Positions 38,870-54,136 of a stretch of 64,000 nt of DNA are shown here, piece by piece. Below the pieces are notes generated by a model. It was not told the DNA's origin. It searched no databases and was given only the letters and a program-made list of their open reading frames with translations. Position 1 is the first letter of the stretch, and every line of letters starts with the position of its first letter. The stretch comes from Macrostomum lignano (lineage: Eukaryota). The position numbers were made by a program, and so were the translations under genes. The stretch lies in the NCBI GenBank assembly GCA_002269645.1, contig NIVC01001297.1, positions 62,001 through 126,000 on the forward strand, read 5' to 3'.

Positions 38870-41800
38870 TATATAACAAAAAATATAAATATAGGCCTAC
38901 TTACAATAATATTATTGTTATTAAATGATATGAAAGATTTCTATGTAGTAGTATATGGACATACCCTTTGGCTTTGGTAATAGCCATTTTGTTTTTAAAT
39001 AGTTAATTACTTTATCTTAAGGGATATTGAACCTTAACTTTTATAATTTTCTGCAATGGTTAAGTATTGCTTTATTCAATTTTGTTTATTTATAATTCTA
39101 AAGTTGCAATCTTTTGAATTTATGTTTTCCAATCCAAATCTAATTATATCTTTGCTTTTCTTATAGTTGGCATTTTATGAATAGATTCTCTATAGGTTTA
39201 TGGTATATGTGTCTAAATATTTTGGGAAAATTCAAAATGATTTGCACGAAAAAACCATAGGCCTATAATTAGTTTTATTTTTTTCTTACATATGCTAATA
39301 TTAATAATCTTTTTAAAGAAATTTTTAAATATGAACAAAACAAATCTAAATATGAACAAAACACAAAATAATTACAACTACAAGCTGATATTTTGAAGCA
39401 CCTCCTATCACTAAAATGATTATACTCATGAAATCTTTATTTTTTTTATCAAAAATGAAATGTGTTTATAACAAAAGCAACTTGTAACTGAAACAACTAT
39501 ATGTCACCCAGGGTCAGGATCGTGTACTGCTGTACACTGGAACAAAAATTGCTTCTGTAGCTCATGCATGCCAATGTGCCAACGAACTTTTTATTGCATA
39601 CAAAAATACGCCAAGATAAAAATAACAAACTACAACTAATATTAAAAGCTTGCAAAATTTTAATATTCAAACAACCTATGTGTTAAAACTAAAAATCTTT
39701 TTACTAAACTGTAAAGAAGTAGTTCACTTTAACTATTTTGGTTTTACTTTTATTTTCTTGGAAAAGTTAAACCTGGTTTTTTAAATTTAGTTTTCCGTTT
39801 TTTTTGTAACGGGCTGGCTATTCTTTCTGATCAAAACTTAGCTATATTGTAACTATGTACATGGAAACTATGCCAAATGCAAACTCAATCATTTTTGTAT
39901 GCTAATTATATAGATTGATTGTTGGGACTCGGAACTTTTGGTCCCACATGCTGGTCTCGGCAATCTTTATATGCCAAGCTGTATGCCAAGAGGGCACACT
40001 AGGCGCCTTTGTATGCCAATGTGTAATCCAGGTCCCTCTGTACGCCAGAAAATTCTGGCGTACATGTATACCATCCAGAGTCTGGTATGTCACCAAAATT
40101 TCTGTCACCAAAACGACTTGTCACTAAAACGATTAGTACCCATATAAATTTGTATAGGCCTTAGTCATAAATGTACCGAGTCTCAAATTTTATCAAGTCT
40201 AGCAACTATGAGTGACTATTGACTAGCCCATATTGCAATTTTACACCCTAAGATTAAAGAATCAAGATTATTAGATTAAAATGTCATGCATATTGCAGGT
40301 ACATTTCATAGCCAAAATTATACTAAGATCAAGAGAAGGGGGACAAAGACTTTAAATTATCTCCAATGCTAGCACTGGAAGCAATTAGCAAAATACAAAA
40401 GCAGTAAAAAATTGCCTCCCTCCAGGTGGCAGGGGAGCATGTCCCCAGTGTCCCCCCTTTGGTTATATCCTTGGCTGTCAGTGCTCATCTTGTTGATTCT
40501 TGTCTTTCCTCTTGTTTCTTGGTTATGATTTTATATTCAGTCCCTGACAGTCACAAAGAAACACGGCCAAGTATGACTAAAAAATATTGAATACTAAGCT
40601 TAGTTTAACTGGTCAAGTAGAAAGGTACTAGTAAAAAAAGAATTTTACATTTTACATTAAATAATACATCAATAATTTTTTTAAAAATTAAATCTTAAGT
40701 CGAAAAAAGCATCTTAAGGAGTTGAAAGTTAAATTTTGATGAAAAACAAAATGGCAATAGAATATTTTATCAGGAAATAAATACTGCAGTCTCCACGCCA
40801 AGCATGTTTTTATTATTTCAGGTACATTTATTTTTAGCATATGAGCTCGCGCATGCATGCACGCATATAATTTTAAATGTGGCGTTTGTAAAGAATTTGA
40901 CTTTAAAACAAAGACTGTTACTTACAATTTTAAAGAGCCGTTTGGATCTACTTTATCAAAGCAAAAAAGGCCAGATAGAAAATACAAGATTATTATTTTA
41001 ACAGTTTACTTCATACCACGATGAACATACGTAATTAATTTTATAGATGGACGTTCTTCAATTGATCAAAGGCCAACTAAGTTCTTAATTACATCTGATC
41101 TTAATTAGTCAACTTTCATCGACTAAGGACACTTTTTCTTTCACTGTACGAGCCTAAAAAAGCAAGGCCGCGGTTGGGTTTGCAACAATTCATTGCATTA
41201 GCTCGTATGAACGTGCTTACAACTGAGAGGCGCAATTTCTTACAACTGAGTGTATGAATATAAAGAATGAACTGTTTAGAGTCGAAAGTAATTAATTGTA
41301 TGCCTTACCGCTCTGTTTTTAATACATAAAAACAGGAGATACACTAAATACAATAAAATATAGAGAAAAATCATTGGAAGAAAGTACGTTCCACTGAAGC
41401 AAATTACTATAAAAGCGTCTACTTGGAGGAAAAAAGCGATGTTCTCCGCTCACTTACTAAAAATACGGGGAGAAATCTTATTAGAAACACGCACACAGTA
41501 TAAAACAGCACAACATTAACATGCCTCGCTATCACGACAGATTCGTGACAGAGAGGACCTTGAAATTTTCTTTACTTCTGATCTTTTTTATATTTTTCTA
41601 AAAGTACTATCCACTGCTTGAGCTTTTGTCCTTTTGAAGCTCGAATTGCATGTATATTTGACCCTCATATGCAATCAGTGCATGCATTTTCTGGATTTGT
41701 AGTCTCTATGATTCTAGTAGAACTTAGAAATCGAAGTAAGGGTTAATTGAAATTAATTGTAATTCATATTGATCGGGTAGAATCAAGACAAGACTTTTTG

Positions 41801-42039
41801 TCTAGGCGAATGATTTATTAAGAGATGATTATCCAACTTTATAAATCACTAATAGAGAGACAGCATGCATTACCTTACCTCTATTTAGGTAAGTGATGGC
41901 CTTCTGTGACAGCAGAGCAGCTCAGCGATAAACGCGTCTGACTCTCGCGCCACGATCCCTGCTGCAGATCACATTCAGTTGGGGCAATTGTGCACGAAAA
42001 TTGGCCTTGGCTTGTTGTGCGCGATTCACACCTATAATG

Positions 42040-42200
42040 GCCAGCCCCTAAGGCGCAGAGAGTGTACATGACTGACAATTAGAAAGTCAGGGCCGCTGTG
42101 CACCCTGTGTGAGGGTGTGTACATGAGTGCGTGTCTGCATACAGTACCTGCGGGCGCTTCACGTGCTCAGGAGTCAGCGGAACCGAGGCAGAATTGCCTG
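42040..42200 (+). mobile_element. Diverged fragment of the SINE-like family at 29695 and 51957
   Basis: Shares cctaaggcgcag...gtgtacatg...aaagtcagggccgctgtgcac...tgctcaggagtc with 52060-52190. Confidence 0.6.
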
Positions 42201-42864
42201 ATCGGAGCTGGTTCTGGGACGCTGTCGCCGAAGGTACGACATTAGCCCGCAGGAAATTTGCTCGAGGGAGGTTATATCCCGCTTTGCCCACAGACATTTG
42301 GCGCTCTAATTACAGTATAACCATTAAGCCCAAGACAGAATTACTAGTGTTTAAACTTGGTATTACCGGTAGATAATAATGTAATCATAATCATCGTTAT
42401 TAGCATATAGTGCGCATTTCTGCGATGAGACTGCAGGACAGCTGGAGCAGATCAGGTTACTACTACAGGATAACAACGGAAATTGTGTTTTCATACTCGA
42501 GATTTGGTCGCAGTTTTTACTAAGGAACTGCGTTCCGCTGATTGACTGAATTGACTGCCAAATTACCTGCAATGGATTGGAGTTTTGTAAAATCTAGCTC
42601 TTTGTGAGTCTGCACGTGTGAATGGAGTTTGAAAAGGTTGGAACTATTTGAGGAACTGCACTATCGAGAAGAAAAAATCAAGGAAATACATCATCCTGAA
42701 CAGGCAGTGAAGTCTTTTATGATTTAAACCATGCATAACAATGTAACTGGACAGTTAAATGTCTGCAAGAAAGTTTCATACGGGCCAATGTCATAGACAC
42801 GTCCACAAAAATGTTACGCCAGGGTGCCCACAATCCTCCTGCGAGTATCTATTTTACTGGATCA

Positions 42865-43380
42865 TAAAGTTACTGGAACTACAGCAGTACTCGAGCATCA
42901 AGTGACAGGAAATACAGCAGTACTCGAGCATCAAGCGACAGGAAATACAGCAGCACTCGAGCATCAAGTGACTGGAACTACAGCAGTACTCGAGCATCCA
43001 GTGACTGAAACTAAAGCAGCACTCGAGCATCAAGTGACAGGAACTAAAGCAGCACTCGAGCATCAAGCGACAGGAACTACAGCAGCACTCGAGCATCAAG
43101 CGACAGGAACTACAGCAGTACTCGAGCATCAAGCGACAGGAACTACAGCAGCACTCGAGCATCAAGTGACTGAAACTACAGCAGCACTCCAGCATCATCA
43201 AGTGACTGGAACTACAGCAGCACTCCAGCATCATCAAGTGACTGGAACTACAGCAGCACTCCAGCATCATCAAGTGACTGGAACTACAGCAGCACTCCAG
43301 CATCATCAAGTGACTGGAACTACAGCAGCACTCCAGCATCATCAAGTGACTGGAACTACAGCAGTACTCGAGCATCAAGT
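42865..43380. repeat. Minisatellite, 33/36-bp unit actggaactacagcagtactcgagcatcaagtg
   Basis: Tandem repeat; unit lengths divisible by 3 keep ORFs open on both strands. Confidence 0.9.
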
Positions 43381-45925
43381 GCCTGAAACCTGCGCGAAAT
43401 CATACCACCGTAAAACACACTAAACTATGCAGCAAGTTTTTAGCGTTGAAAAAAATAAAGCTAAAAGCGGAGTCGCGCTGAGTGTAACACAACAGCTGCT
43501 ATAATTAGATTCAGTCCATACATGGTCCTCATGATGGGGTGACTACGAGCTAATTGTTAGTAGACTCATAAAATGCTCCGCCGTCTATCTTGTAAGCATG
43601 CGGCGGCAAGTTTTAAGCGTATAACAGAATTTTTTATGACTGAACAAATTAATCTGCGTAAATTGTTAATTTGTTTTAATTAAGTGGGCAGCAAATTGTA
43701 GGCAGTGGCCCCACCTCAAACTCATTGGTCACTTTGGGGGCGCTGCATGGTGACTATTTTTATTATTTTTATTTTTATTAGACTAGATGCTATATAGATC
43801 TCGCAGTTTTGCCCTAGCCCGTTAGGGGCCAGCAAAAAAGATCGGTGCCAAGGCCCAACATTCCGGGCCATCATATTCCCCAGCCTCTAGCCAGCATCGC
43901 GCCATGAGTCGCTTAATTACCAACCGCAGATTCTACTGCCAAGCAGCTGCCGCCTCCGCCAGTGACGGCTCTCAAACATTGCCATCTGCCAAGCCGCACC
44001 TCGCAGTCTACAGCCACTGCCAGCGCTGACTGTATGGAGCCGTTGGTTAATTGTCAGTTAAATTGAGGGTCCGCCGCGCGTCACGAAACAAAACTGCCTC
44101 TCGGAATAGATGGAGATAGGAGAAGGGGGGAGACTGAGCGTCAATGAGGGAGGGGACACTCCAAAATAGACAGAACTGGACTCAAGTCACAATGGCCCGC
44201 AGAAAATGATGACGATAATCACACGGGAGGAGGGGTGCAGGGGGTTTGGAAGTCAGACCCTGGCCCAGTGATCATCATTCATTACCAGGCGAATGAAATA
44301 TTCATTTGGCTGCTCCACCCCGCGCGCGGAGCCTGGATGATGGAGCTGGGGAAGGTAAGAAGCTGCCCCATTCCGAGATCCAACACTAACTAATTAATCG
44401 CGATGGACTGCTCTCCTGAGTCCCGGCCAAGCCGAACACAAAACGGAACTCTTGCACTGGAAGCTGTTTAGTGTTTTTCAGCTATCTCAACCCCTCTCTG
44501 CATCGCTGGTTCCCCATATTACCAATTTTGTCACAATTTGATGAAGGAAAGAAGCCCCCCCTCCAACCACCCCCTCTGACAAGTGCGGCAAGTGTGCTCC
44601 CCGATAGTCGTCAAGAGGAGGTCGCATGGCAACTATTATCTGTGGGAGAGGGAGGGTTGGCTACCTGGAGTGTGACTACAGCAGCCTGGTTGGCCCAGCT
44701 GGGACGCAGGCTTAGCGCCTCCCAGCAGTGCCGATTGGGTGCCGGACGAAGAGGGGCTGCGAGGTTGCTGCGGCGGCGATGGGGCAGCAGCGGCTGTCAG
44801 CATTTATGCTGGCACCGGGGCCCAGCGATGCGGGCACTTCGCCATCTCTTCTCTGTCTCGACCGGAGCATAGGCATCAAGGTTGACTGACAGCAACATTC
44901 TTGAATAGGACGCCTCCCAAACCGCCCTGAGCGTTGGTGTTTAAATTCTACCTGTCATACTTGACACAGGTGAGTTAAGAAAGTTGTTTATGCATTCTAT
45001 GAGCTAATGCCTCTTTTGTCTATATTTGTCTTTGTAGTTCCCTTAGCCTAAAAAGCGAGGATGCAAAGCAGTCGTTATACAATAGGCTCTTGGGCAACTC
45101 TGAGTGGGGCGAGTGCATGGGCATGGCTAACTCAGCAGGGTAGCTGGCGCAGCATGCGACGTCCAGATGCGGAGTTGCTAAGCACAGAATAATGAGAGTG
45201 AAAAGGAAGACGCAGGAGTAAATGAAGTGGGAGGGGCCGGCAGAGAAGGGAAAACGAAAAGACAGCTTTGGGATTTGGATTTTTGCAAGTTTTTTCTCAT
45301 AAAAACAGGAGCTACCTTTCTACACTATTTTTTTACACGATTGGGCTGCCACTCCTGCCAGGAAGGCTGTTGCCAAGGCTTGGAGCAGCTTCACCTTCTT
45401 TCTCTGAAGAGTAAAACCTCATGTATGGATGAGAGTTATGTCATCGATGCTCCACAATAATCTACTGGATAAAATATTGCCAATTGTATTTGACGCAGCA
45501 CTGCGGAGCCAAAAGGAGGAGATCAATTCCAGCTGCGCAATCCGGGTCTAGGCTTGAAAAGGGAGAGACTAAGCACACATTGGATTCAAGCCTATTGAAT
45601 CCTAACTTACAATGTGTGACAGGTGGGCAAACATACGTCTAGAAAGGATTTAAGCCATTTTGCAAATGAGGGATCTTAAATAAAACATCAACAGCGACAA
45701 TTAGACAGACGCCCGATCGGCCCCCTCTAGGATCAACGGAGCTTCAACCTGCAGACCTCATTTCCCTGTGTTTGTCCCTCTTGATTGTTCTCAATCGGAT
45801 GAAAGGGCAATCCTGATGTAGCTAAGGAATTCCTCAGCACACACCATTAGTGGGCAATCGTTCATTCCGACAATGTGAGGACAACAGGCGTCTTGGCGTC
45901 TGCTCAGAAGAATCTTTTCCGAGTA

Positions 45926-45933
45926 TATATAAA
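45926..45933 (+). promoter_or_regulatory. Candidate TATA box of the neuropeptide gene
   Basis: TATATAAA ~80 nt upstream of ATG 46009, with Inr-like TCAGTC at 45969. Confidence 0.5.
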
Positions 45934-46008
45934 TTTCCAACGCTGGCCTCAACTCCATCTGCCAATTTTCAGTCGCAACGAAGGTCGAAGCTGAAACCGC
46001 GAGAAACT

Positions 46009-46797
46009 ATGAACTGCGCACTTCAAGTCTGCCTTCTACTTGGTCTTCTGGTGTCCGTCACCAGCGCGGAGGTAAGTTTGCAACTGATTTGCATTCTTTT
46101 CAGTTCCATTGTGTAGCAAACTTGAACCCTGAAAATGCAGAGGCCGCACCACGAGTACGGCGGAGAGTACCACGCCGCTAAACGGGCCGCCCTTGCCGAC
46201 TTCCGCAAGCGCTTCAACGGCTGGTACAACGTCGACGCCGAGGAGCGAGGCCGCGCCGGCCATCACCACCGCCATGGCAAGGGCGAGCATGAGGAGAAGC
46301 GCGCCGCCCTGTCCGACTTTAAGCGCGCCGCTCTGTCCGACTTTAAGCGCGCCGCTCTGGCCGATTTCATGCGCGCCTCGCTTGCCGACTTCAAGCGCGC
46401 CGCCTTAGCCGACTTCAAACGTGCCGCTCTGTCCGACTTCAAACGCGCTGCCCTAGCCGATTTCAAACGCGCCGCCCTAGCCGACTTCAAGCGCGCCGCT
46501 CTGGCCGACTTCAAGCGCTCGCACCACCGCCACTCGGAGGGCCACAAAGGCGCCAAGGGCCACCATGTAAGCTGATTGAATGTTGCCTGCAGAACAACCT
46601 TGACAGTTGGAACTAGGACCAATAAAGAAACAGCATAACCTTATATTATGTATAATATTGAATAATTATTCGCTGCATGACCACTTCAGCACGCCGGCAA
46701 GCACCACGGCGAGCACAAACGGCAGCTGTACTGGGACATCTGCACCCGCATGGAGAACGGCGAGGAGAAGTACTACGCCTGCCAGAAGAGCCTCTAA
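46009..46797 (+). CDS. Multi-copy neuropeptide prohormone (198 aa), three exons
   Basis: Exons 46009-46071, 46141-46566 and 46690-46797, with phase-0 GT-AG introns. Signal peptide MNCALQVCLLLGLLVSVTSA. Ten copies of A(A/S)L(A/S)DF, mostly flanked by KR. His-rich spacers. C-terminal KR-QLYWDICTRMENGEEKYYACQKSL*. Confidence 0.9.
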
Positions 46798-48619
46798 GGA
46801 GACGAACGGCAGTCACGGAGCGTTTTGAAGACACAAGCCACAAGAAAATCAAATTTGTCCACAACGAATTAGCAACTCACAATTTCTATATCTTACTTTT
46901 TTAAAGGTGCGCATGGTTAATCCAAGATGGTGGAGAGTCCTCCCCGCAAGCTGGGAATATTTTAGAACCTGGCCTAGCTAAAGCTGTTGTCTTTAAAACC
47001 AAATTACAAACTCTGCAATACAGAACGGACTGAAAATCCAAGACCTTTTACGATGTCAATGCTGTTTGCCGTTTCTTATTTACTCCTTTCGTTTTGATGT
47101 GCAAGCATGCCATTCAGACAAGGGGCAGAAATGAATCATGAAGTCAACCCACCATTGAAAAATAACCTTGACGTGATCCCTGTGTGAAATACTATGTATA
47201 TGCGCATGCAAACGCAATAATATTTATATAAAATCCCTATTCAACAGAACAATACCATTTCTATCTAATATTCCGTTGCAAACGCCAATTCATACCCCAG
47301 CCTGAGACAGCAGCCTCCAGGACTATCGGCCTGCCACTATCTTAAGCTCCCAATAATAAAGCAAAATTTCTCAATAAAGCGCCAAAAAGTTGAATAAAAA
47401 TATGAAAAAAACAAGTTTTCCGCAAGCACGAGTGCAAAGTGACCTCTTTGTTAATATTTTCCTTGACTATTATTACATCGCTTTGATATAGAATGGAACC
47501 CTCATTTCTTATGGGAGGCTTATATACCTGGCTGTCAGTCTTCACACAGATAATAACTACCTGCGGCTATGCAGCCCACACCTAATAGGACCTTAATAAC
47601 GGATGCCAAGATGGGAAGCCCAAAACTGCATTGCTGTGATGGATGCACTTTGATCACAAGCCGGGGCCAACCGATCCGAGCTCGTTATGCCGCGGCTTGG
47701 GCTCAGACAATCTAGAATCCAGAATCTGACAGGCTGTTAAAAATCTGTCAATTGATTTTTTGAAAAACAATCTTAATGACCCAAGGGACAATGCAATCAC
47801 CGGAATGAGATCACCTCCATGTTCTACAAACAGCGCTGAGGCTAATTCTGCCCATTCCGCTGCCCAACTTTCGTGTAAAAAGTTCCAAACTAATACAGCC
47901 AGAATGAGACAAAACTCCATGACAAGAAGTAAACAAACTCAGCGACCGGAATGAAACGAAACTCCATAACGTCATAACCGAAGATCTGCATACTATAATA
48001 CAACTTCTATATTTATTTATTAGGCACGGGGAGTGGATAAAAATAGAAGCAACGAATGCTTTAGATCAGCTGTGCGACAAGCCATGCGAACACAAGAAGA
48101 CACTGCTGTCTTCATCAAGCATGATCTGGGCAGCTGGGCTACCCACTGATATGTCAGCCATCTGATCTCAAAACATTCATCATTGCATATGATATGTGTG
48201 TTGTCAGGTTGATCGCTCCAGCGAATAATGAGAAAAGGCTAGGCGGTAAATTCATAGGTATTTCTCTCAGAGCAATGGGGAGTGAAGAGATGATTCAATT
48301 AGGGCGGCTGTATGAGTGCCAACGCTAGTAGCCTATTCAGCTGAGTACTGACTAACCACCACAAGCTCCGCTTAACTTAGCAATATAGGAGTCTACAGTA
48401 AAACATCAGTTAAATTAAAAAGCAGAACTTTTCTAACAGCAGAATAATGTTTTCCAATTGCCAAAAATATAATTTATGTACGCTTCGTATATTCTGGAAA
48501 ATCAGAAGTCATCAGTCATGTTCACAACTGGTCATGAGAAGATTTAACAGTGCCAAAATTATGCATGATATCAAAGTATTAAGCATTACCATTATCATTA
48601 GTACAACTGCGCCAATACC

Positions 48620-49335
48620 ACATCTACTCTCTCCTCTACATCTCTACTCTATCTGCATCTACTTCTCTCCTCTATATCTACTCTCTCCTCTACATCTACT
48701 CTCTCCTCTACATCTACTCTCCCATCTACATCTCATCTCTTCTCTGTATCTACTCTTTCCTCTACATCTACTCTCTCCTCTACATCTCTACTCTATCTGC
48801 ATCTACTTCTCTCCTCTATATCTACTCTCTCCTCTACATCTGCTCTCTCCTCTACATCTACTCTCTCATCTACATCTACTCTCCCATCTACATCTCATCT
48901 CTTCTCTGTATCTACTCTTTCCTCTACATCTACTCTCTCATCTATATCTACTCTCCTATCTACATCTTATCTCTTCTCTATATCTTCTCTTTTCTCTACA
49001 TCTACTCTCTCATCTATATCTACTCTCCTATCTACATCTCTACTCTATCTGCATCTACTTCTCTCCTCTATATCTACTCTCTCCTCTACATCTACTCTCC
49101 CATCTACATCTCATCTCTTCTCTGTATCTACTCTTTCCTCTACATCTACTCTCTCATCTATATCTACTCTCCGTTCTACATCTTATCTCTTCTCTATATC
49201 TACTCTTTCCTCTATATCTACTCTCTCCTCTATATCTACTCTCTCCTCTATATCTACTCTCTCCTCTATTCTATATCTACTCTCTCCTTTACATCTACTC
49301 TCTCCTCTACATATACTCTCTCTTCTACATCCCTA
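48620..49335. repeat. Degenerate TC(T)A-rich minisatellite (~18-bp tctacatctactctctcc)
   Basis: Tandem low-complexity repeat. Confidence 0.88.
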
Positions 49336-49734
49336 CTCTATTTGTTAAATAAAAATGTAAGTACTAGAAAAATGGATAGTCAATTATTAAAAAAGAGAAC
49401 CTCAGCAAAAAAGCAAATTGGTGTGCACATGCAGACAACAGAGCTCACCGAAGCGAACTAGCAAAACGCATAGATTTCAAATTAGCAATTGTAATGGAAT
49501 GACTTTAATTAGATAATACTAATGCTAACACGTGACAGTATCATAAACATCAACTACGTAGATTTAATCAACTCTAAAATAGCACTGGACCACTTCATTG
49601 CGTTCAAAATTTAATTAAAAATCCTTGATAGCTACAAATTAAAAAAACAACTGCTACAGTCATTCTAGACAATTGTACTATATACTTACTTATACACACA
49701 AAGACCTTCACCTATTTCACCTTCACCTGAAGGC

Positions 49735-50130
49735 ACCTACAGACCCTTCTACAGGAACTTACAGACCGTTCTTCAGGCACTAACAGACCCTTCTAGAGGC
49801 ACCTACAAACCCTTCTTCAGGCACTTACAGACCGTTCTACAGGAACTTACAGATCCTTCTACAGGCACTAACAGACCATTCTACAGGCACTAACAAACAC
49901 TTCTACAGGAACTTACAGATCCTTCTACAGGAACTTACAGACCGTTCTACAGGAACTTACAGACCGTTCTACAGGAACTTACAGATCCTTCTACAGACAC
50001 TTACAGACCCTTCTACAGGCACTTACAGACCCTTCTTCAGGCACTAACAGACCCTTCTACAGGCCCTAACAAACACTTCTACAGGAACTTACAGACCCTT
50101 CTACAGGCACTTACAGACCATTCTACAGGG
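49735..50130. repeat. Minisatellite, 22-bp unit cagacccttctacaggcactta
   Basis: Tandem repeat read directly. Confidence 0.9.
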
Positions 50131-50160
50131 TTAAACAGCCAATCCAGTCAGGTTAGACAG

Positions 50161-51759
<1,599 letters not shown>

Positions 51760-51819
51760 CTGTCAAGCGGCGGTTTGCGGCTGTTTTTAATGATGCCTTT
51801 GATGTTTTATTATGCTACC

Positions 51820-53050
51820 TATCCACTGATTAGAAGTTTTCACACCTCATCTATCCACGGATTAGAAGATTTCACACCTTACCTATCCACTGATTAGAAG
51901 TTTTCACACCTTATCTATCCACTGATTAGAAGATTTCACACCTTATCTATCCACTGCCGCGACCCAGGCTCGATTCCAAGTGCAGCCACATTAATTTGGG
52001 GCTGGATTGGAATCTTGGCTTGGCTCGCTTGTGCAATTAACGGCCTTGAGAGCCAACCCCCCAAGGCGCAGTGAAGTGTACATGCCTAACAATTGATAAA
52101 AGTTAGGGCCGCTGTACACTCCTGTGTGAGTGTGTGCCTGCGTAACGTATCCGCGCGCTTGTATGCCTGCTCAGGAGAGTCGGCGGAATGGGCAGTAATG
52201 CCTCTCGCCGGTTGTGTGCCAATGACGCTTAAATTGCGCCAGGGTGCACACAACCCCCCTGCCTCTAATAAAAAAAATCCACTGATTAGGAGATTTCACA
52301 CCTTACCTATCCACTGATTAGAAGTTTTCACACCTTACCTATCCACTGATTAGAAGATTTCACACCTTATCTATCCACTGATTAGAAAATTTCACACCTT
52401 ATTTATCCACTGATTAGAAGATTTCACACCTTATCTATCCACTGATTAGAATATTTCACACCTTACCTATCCACTGATTAGAAGATTTCACACCTTATTT
52501 ATCCACTGATTAGAAGATTTCACACCTTATCTATCCACTGATTAGAATATTTCACACCTTACCTATCCACTGATTAGAAGATTTCACACCTTATCTATCC
52601 ACTGATTAGAAGTTTTCACACCTTATCTATCCACTGATTAGAAGATTTCACACCTTATCTATCCACTGATTAGAAGATTTCACACCTTACCTATCCACTG
52701 ATTAGAAGATTTCACACCTTATCTATCCACTGATTAGAATATTTCACACCTTACCTATTCACTGATTAGAAGTTTTCACACCTTATCTATCCACTGATTA
52801 GAAGTTTTCACACCTTATCTATCCACTGATTAGAAGTTTTCACACCTTATCTATCCACTGATTAGAAGTTTTCACACCTTATCTATCCACTGATTAGAAG
52901 TTTTCACACCTTATCTATCCACTGATTAGAAGTTTTCACACCTTATCTATCCACTGATTAGAAGTTTTCACACCTTATCTATCCACTGATTAGAAGTTTT
53001 CACACCTTATCTATCCACTGATTAGAAGTTTTCACACCTTATCTATCGCA
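51820..53050. repeat. Minisatellite, 32-bp unit atccactgattagaagatttcacaccttatct, interrupted by a SINE
   Basis: Head-to-tail tandem repeat with no spacers. Confidence 0.95.
51957..52277 (+). mobile_element. SINE-like retroposon, probably 5'-truncated, with A-rich tail and TSD
   Basis: B-box-like GGCTCGATTCC near the 5' end; tail taataaaaaaaa; atccactg duplicated on both sides; homologous to 29695-30045. Confidence 0.78.
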
Positions 53051-54136
53051 TTGATTGGAGGGTTTCACACTTTTATCTGCTTTTTAAAACCGTATCAATC
53101 TATTTACTGATAATTTTTCCACAAAAAAGCTTTTCATACTTTGAGTACGCAGAATATCCGCAAGAAAGGCGACTTATGTCACACAAGTTGCTACCCATAA
53201 TTGCGAAGTAAGTTGCAATTCTTTTTTTAGTACAGTAGAAGACATTTAAACCCGAAAGACTGACAGTTTCAAGTTTGGCTCCCAATTTCTTCTTAATTGT
53301 CTTCTTTCACCCTTCAGATTCTTCCATTTTGAAGCAAGAAGAAGTCACTCGCATGAATTTGCATCCTCAGCATAGCTTTTCAAGAATTTTAGCACCGAAT
53401 GAAGCTGAGCACCTGCGACTGGCAAGACAGATTCACACGCAATCCAACTGTCACTGTTGCCAGGGTGGCATATCCTTACTAGTGAATTAAAAGAAGCTAC
53501 AAAAACTCTTTCAATCCACGAAAAGGCTTCAAAGTTGCTGCGAGAATAAAAAACTGCTTTTAGAAGAACCCCGAAAAGTGTCCCGAGTGCCGGGGCAAGG
53601 CAATTGTTCCAAACCATGCTTGGAGCAGGTAAAATTAGTACTGAGGCATCCCCGAGGCCACGGAGCGGAATAAAACGCATTAGCAACAGTTGATAGATGG
53701 TAAAAAACAGCAGAGTGCAACCAGCTAGATTGATGCACCTCGGTAAGGTAAGCCTGACGCAAATAAAAAACCAATCAAGCGTTTTGAGCAAGAGAGCAAG
53801 AGATCTGCTCAGCATCAATATCATTCCATGCGAGTAGTAGAGGATAACACAACTCTGCCGCAGGGAAAGCCACGGAAATTCCGTGGGCCCGGATCAGAAG
53901 GGCGCCTATGTGTTTGCATGGCTCAACTCTGCCGCAGGCAAAGCCATGGGAATTCCGTAGACTCCTAATGAGAGTACATAGGCACCTGTGTTCCATAGGG
54001 GTAGGCCCCCTAATGTGAATACATAGACGCATGTGTTTACATAGGAGATATTTGTATATAAACCAGAAAATTTGTTTTCACAAATAATAAAATTTTTGAA
54101 ATTCTCGCTCCGTTACATCGTAATAACTAATTAATA

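Noticed and set aside
43600-44450. TAAT-rich blocks upstream of the neuropeptide gene as POU4 target enhancers
   Set aside because: Only short generic homeodomain cores were seen; these cannot be distinguished from chance without conservation or chromatin data.
47654-47920. 88-aa minus-strand ORF with a signal-peptide-like start (MEFCLILAVLVW...)
   Set aside because: The start lies in a locally triplicated motif (ccggaatgaga...ctccat at ~47800, 47900, 47945). There are no clear processing sites or other support.
53300-53830. Minus-strand ORFs 53345-53824 and 53529-53774, faintly like a decayed Ulp1-type protease or TE fragment, or GALT exons
   Set aside because: No GALT motifs are present, and the Ulp1 resemblance is too weak and split across frames. 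The region lies outside the inferred Polinton terminus.
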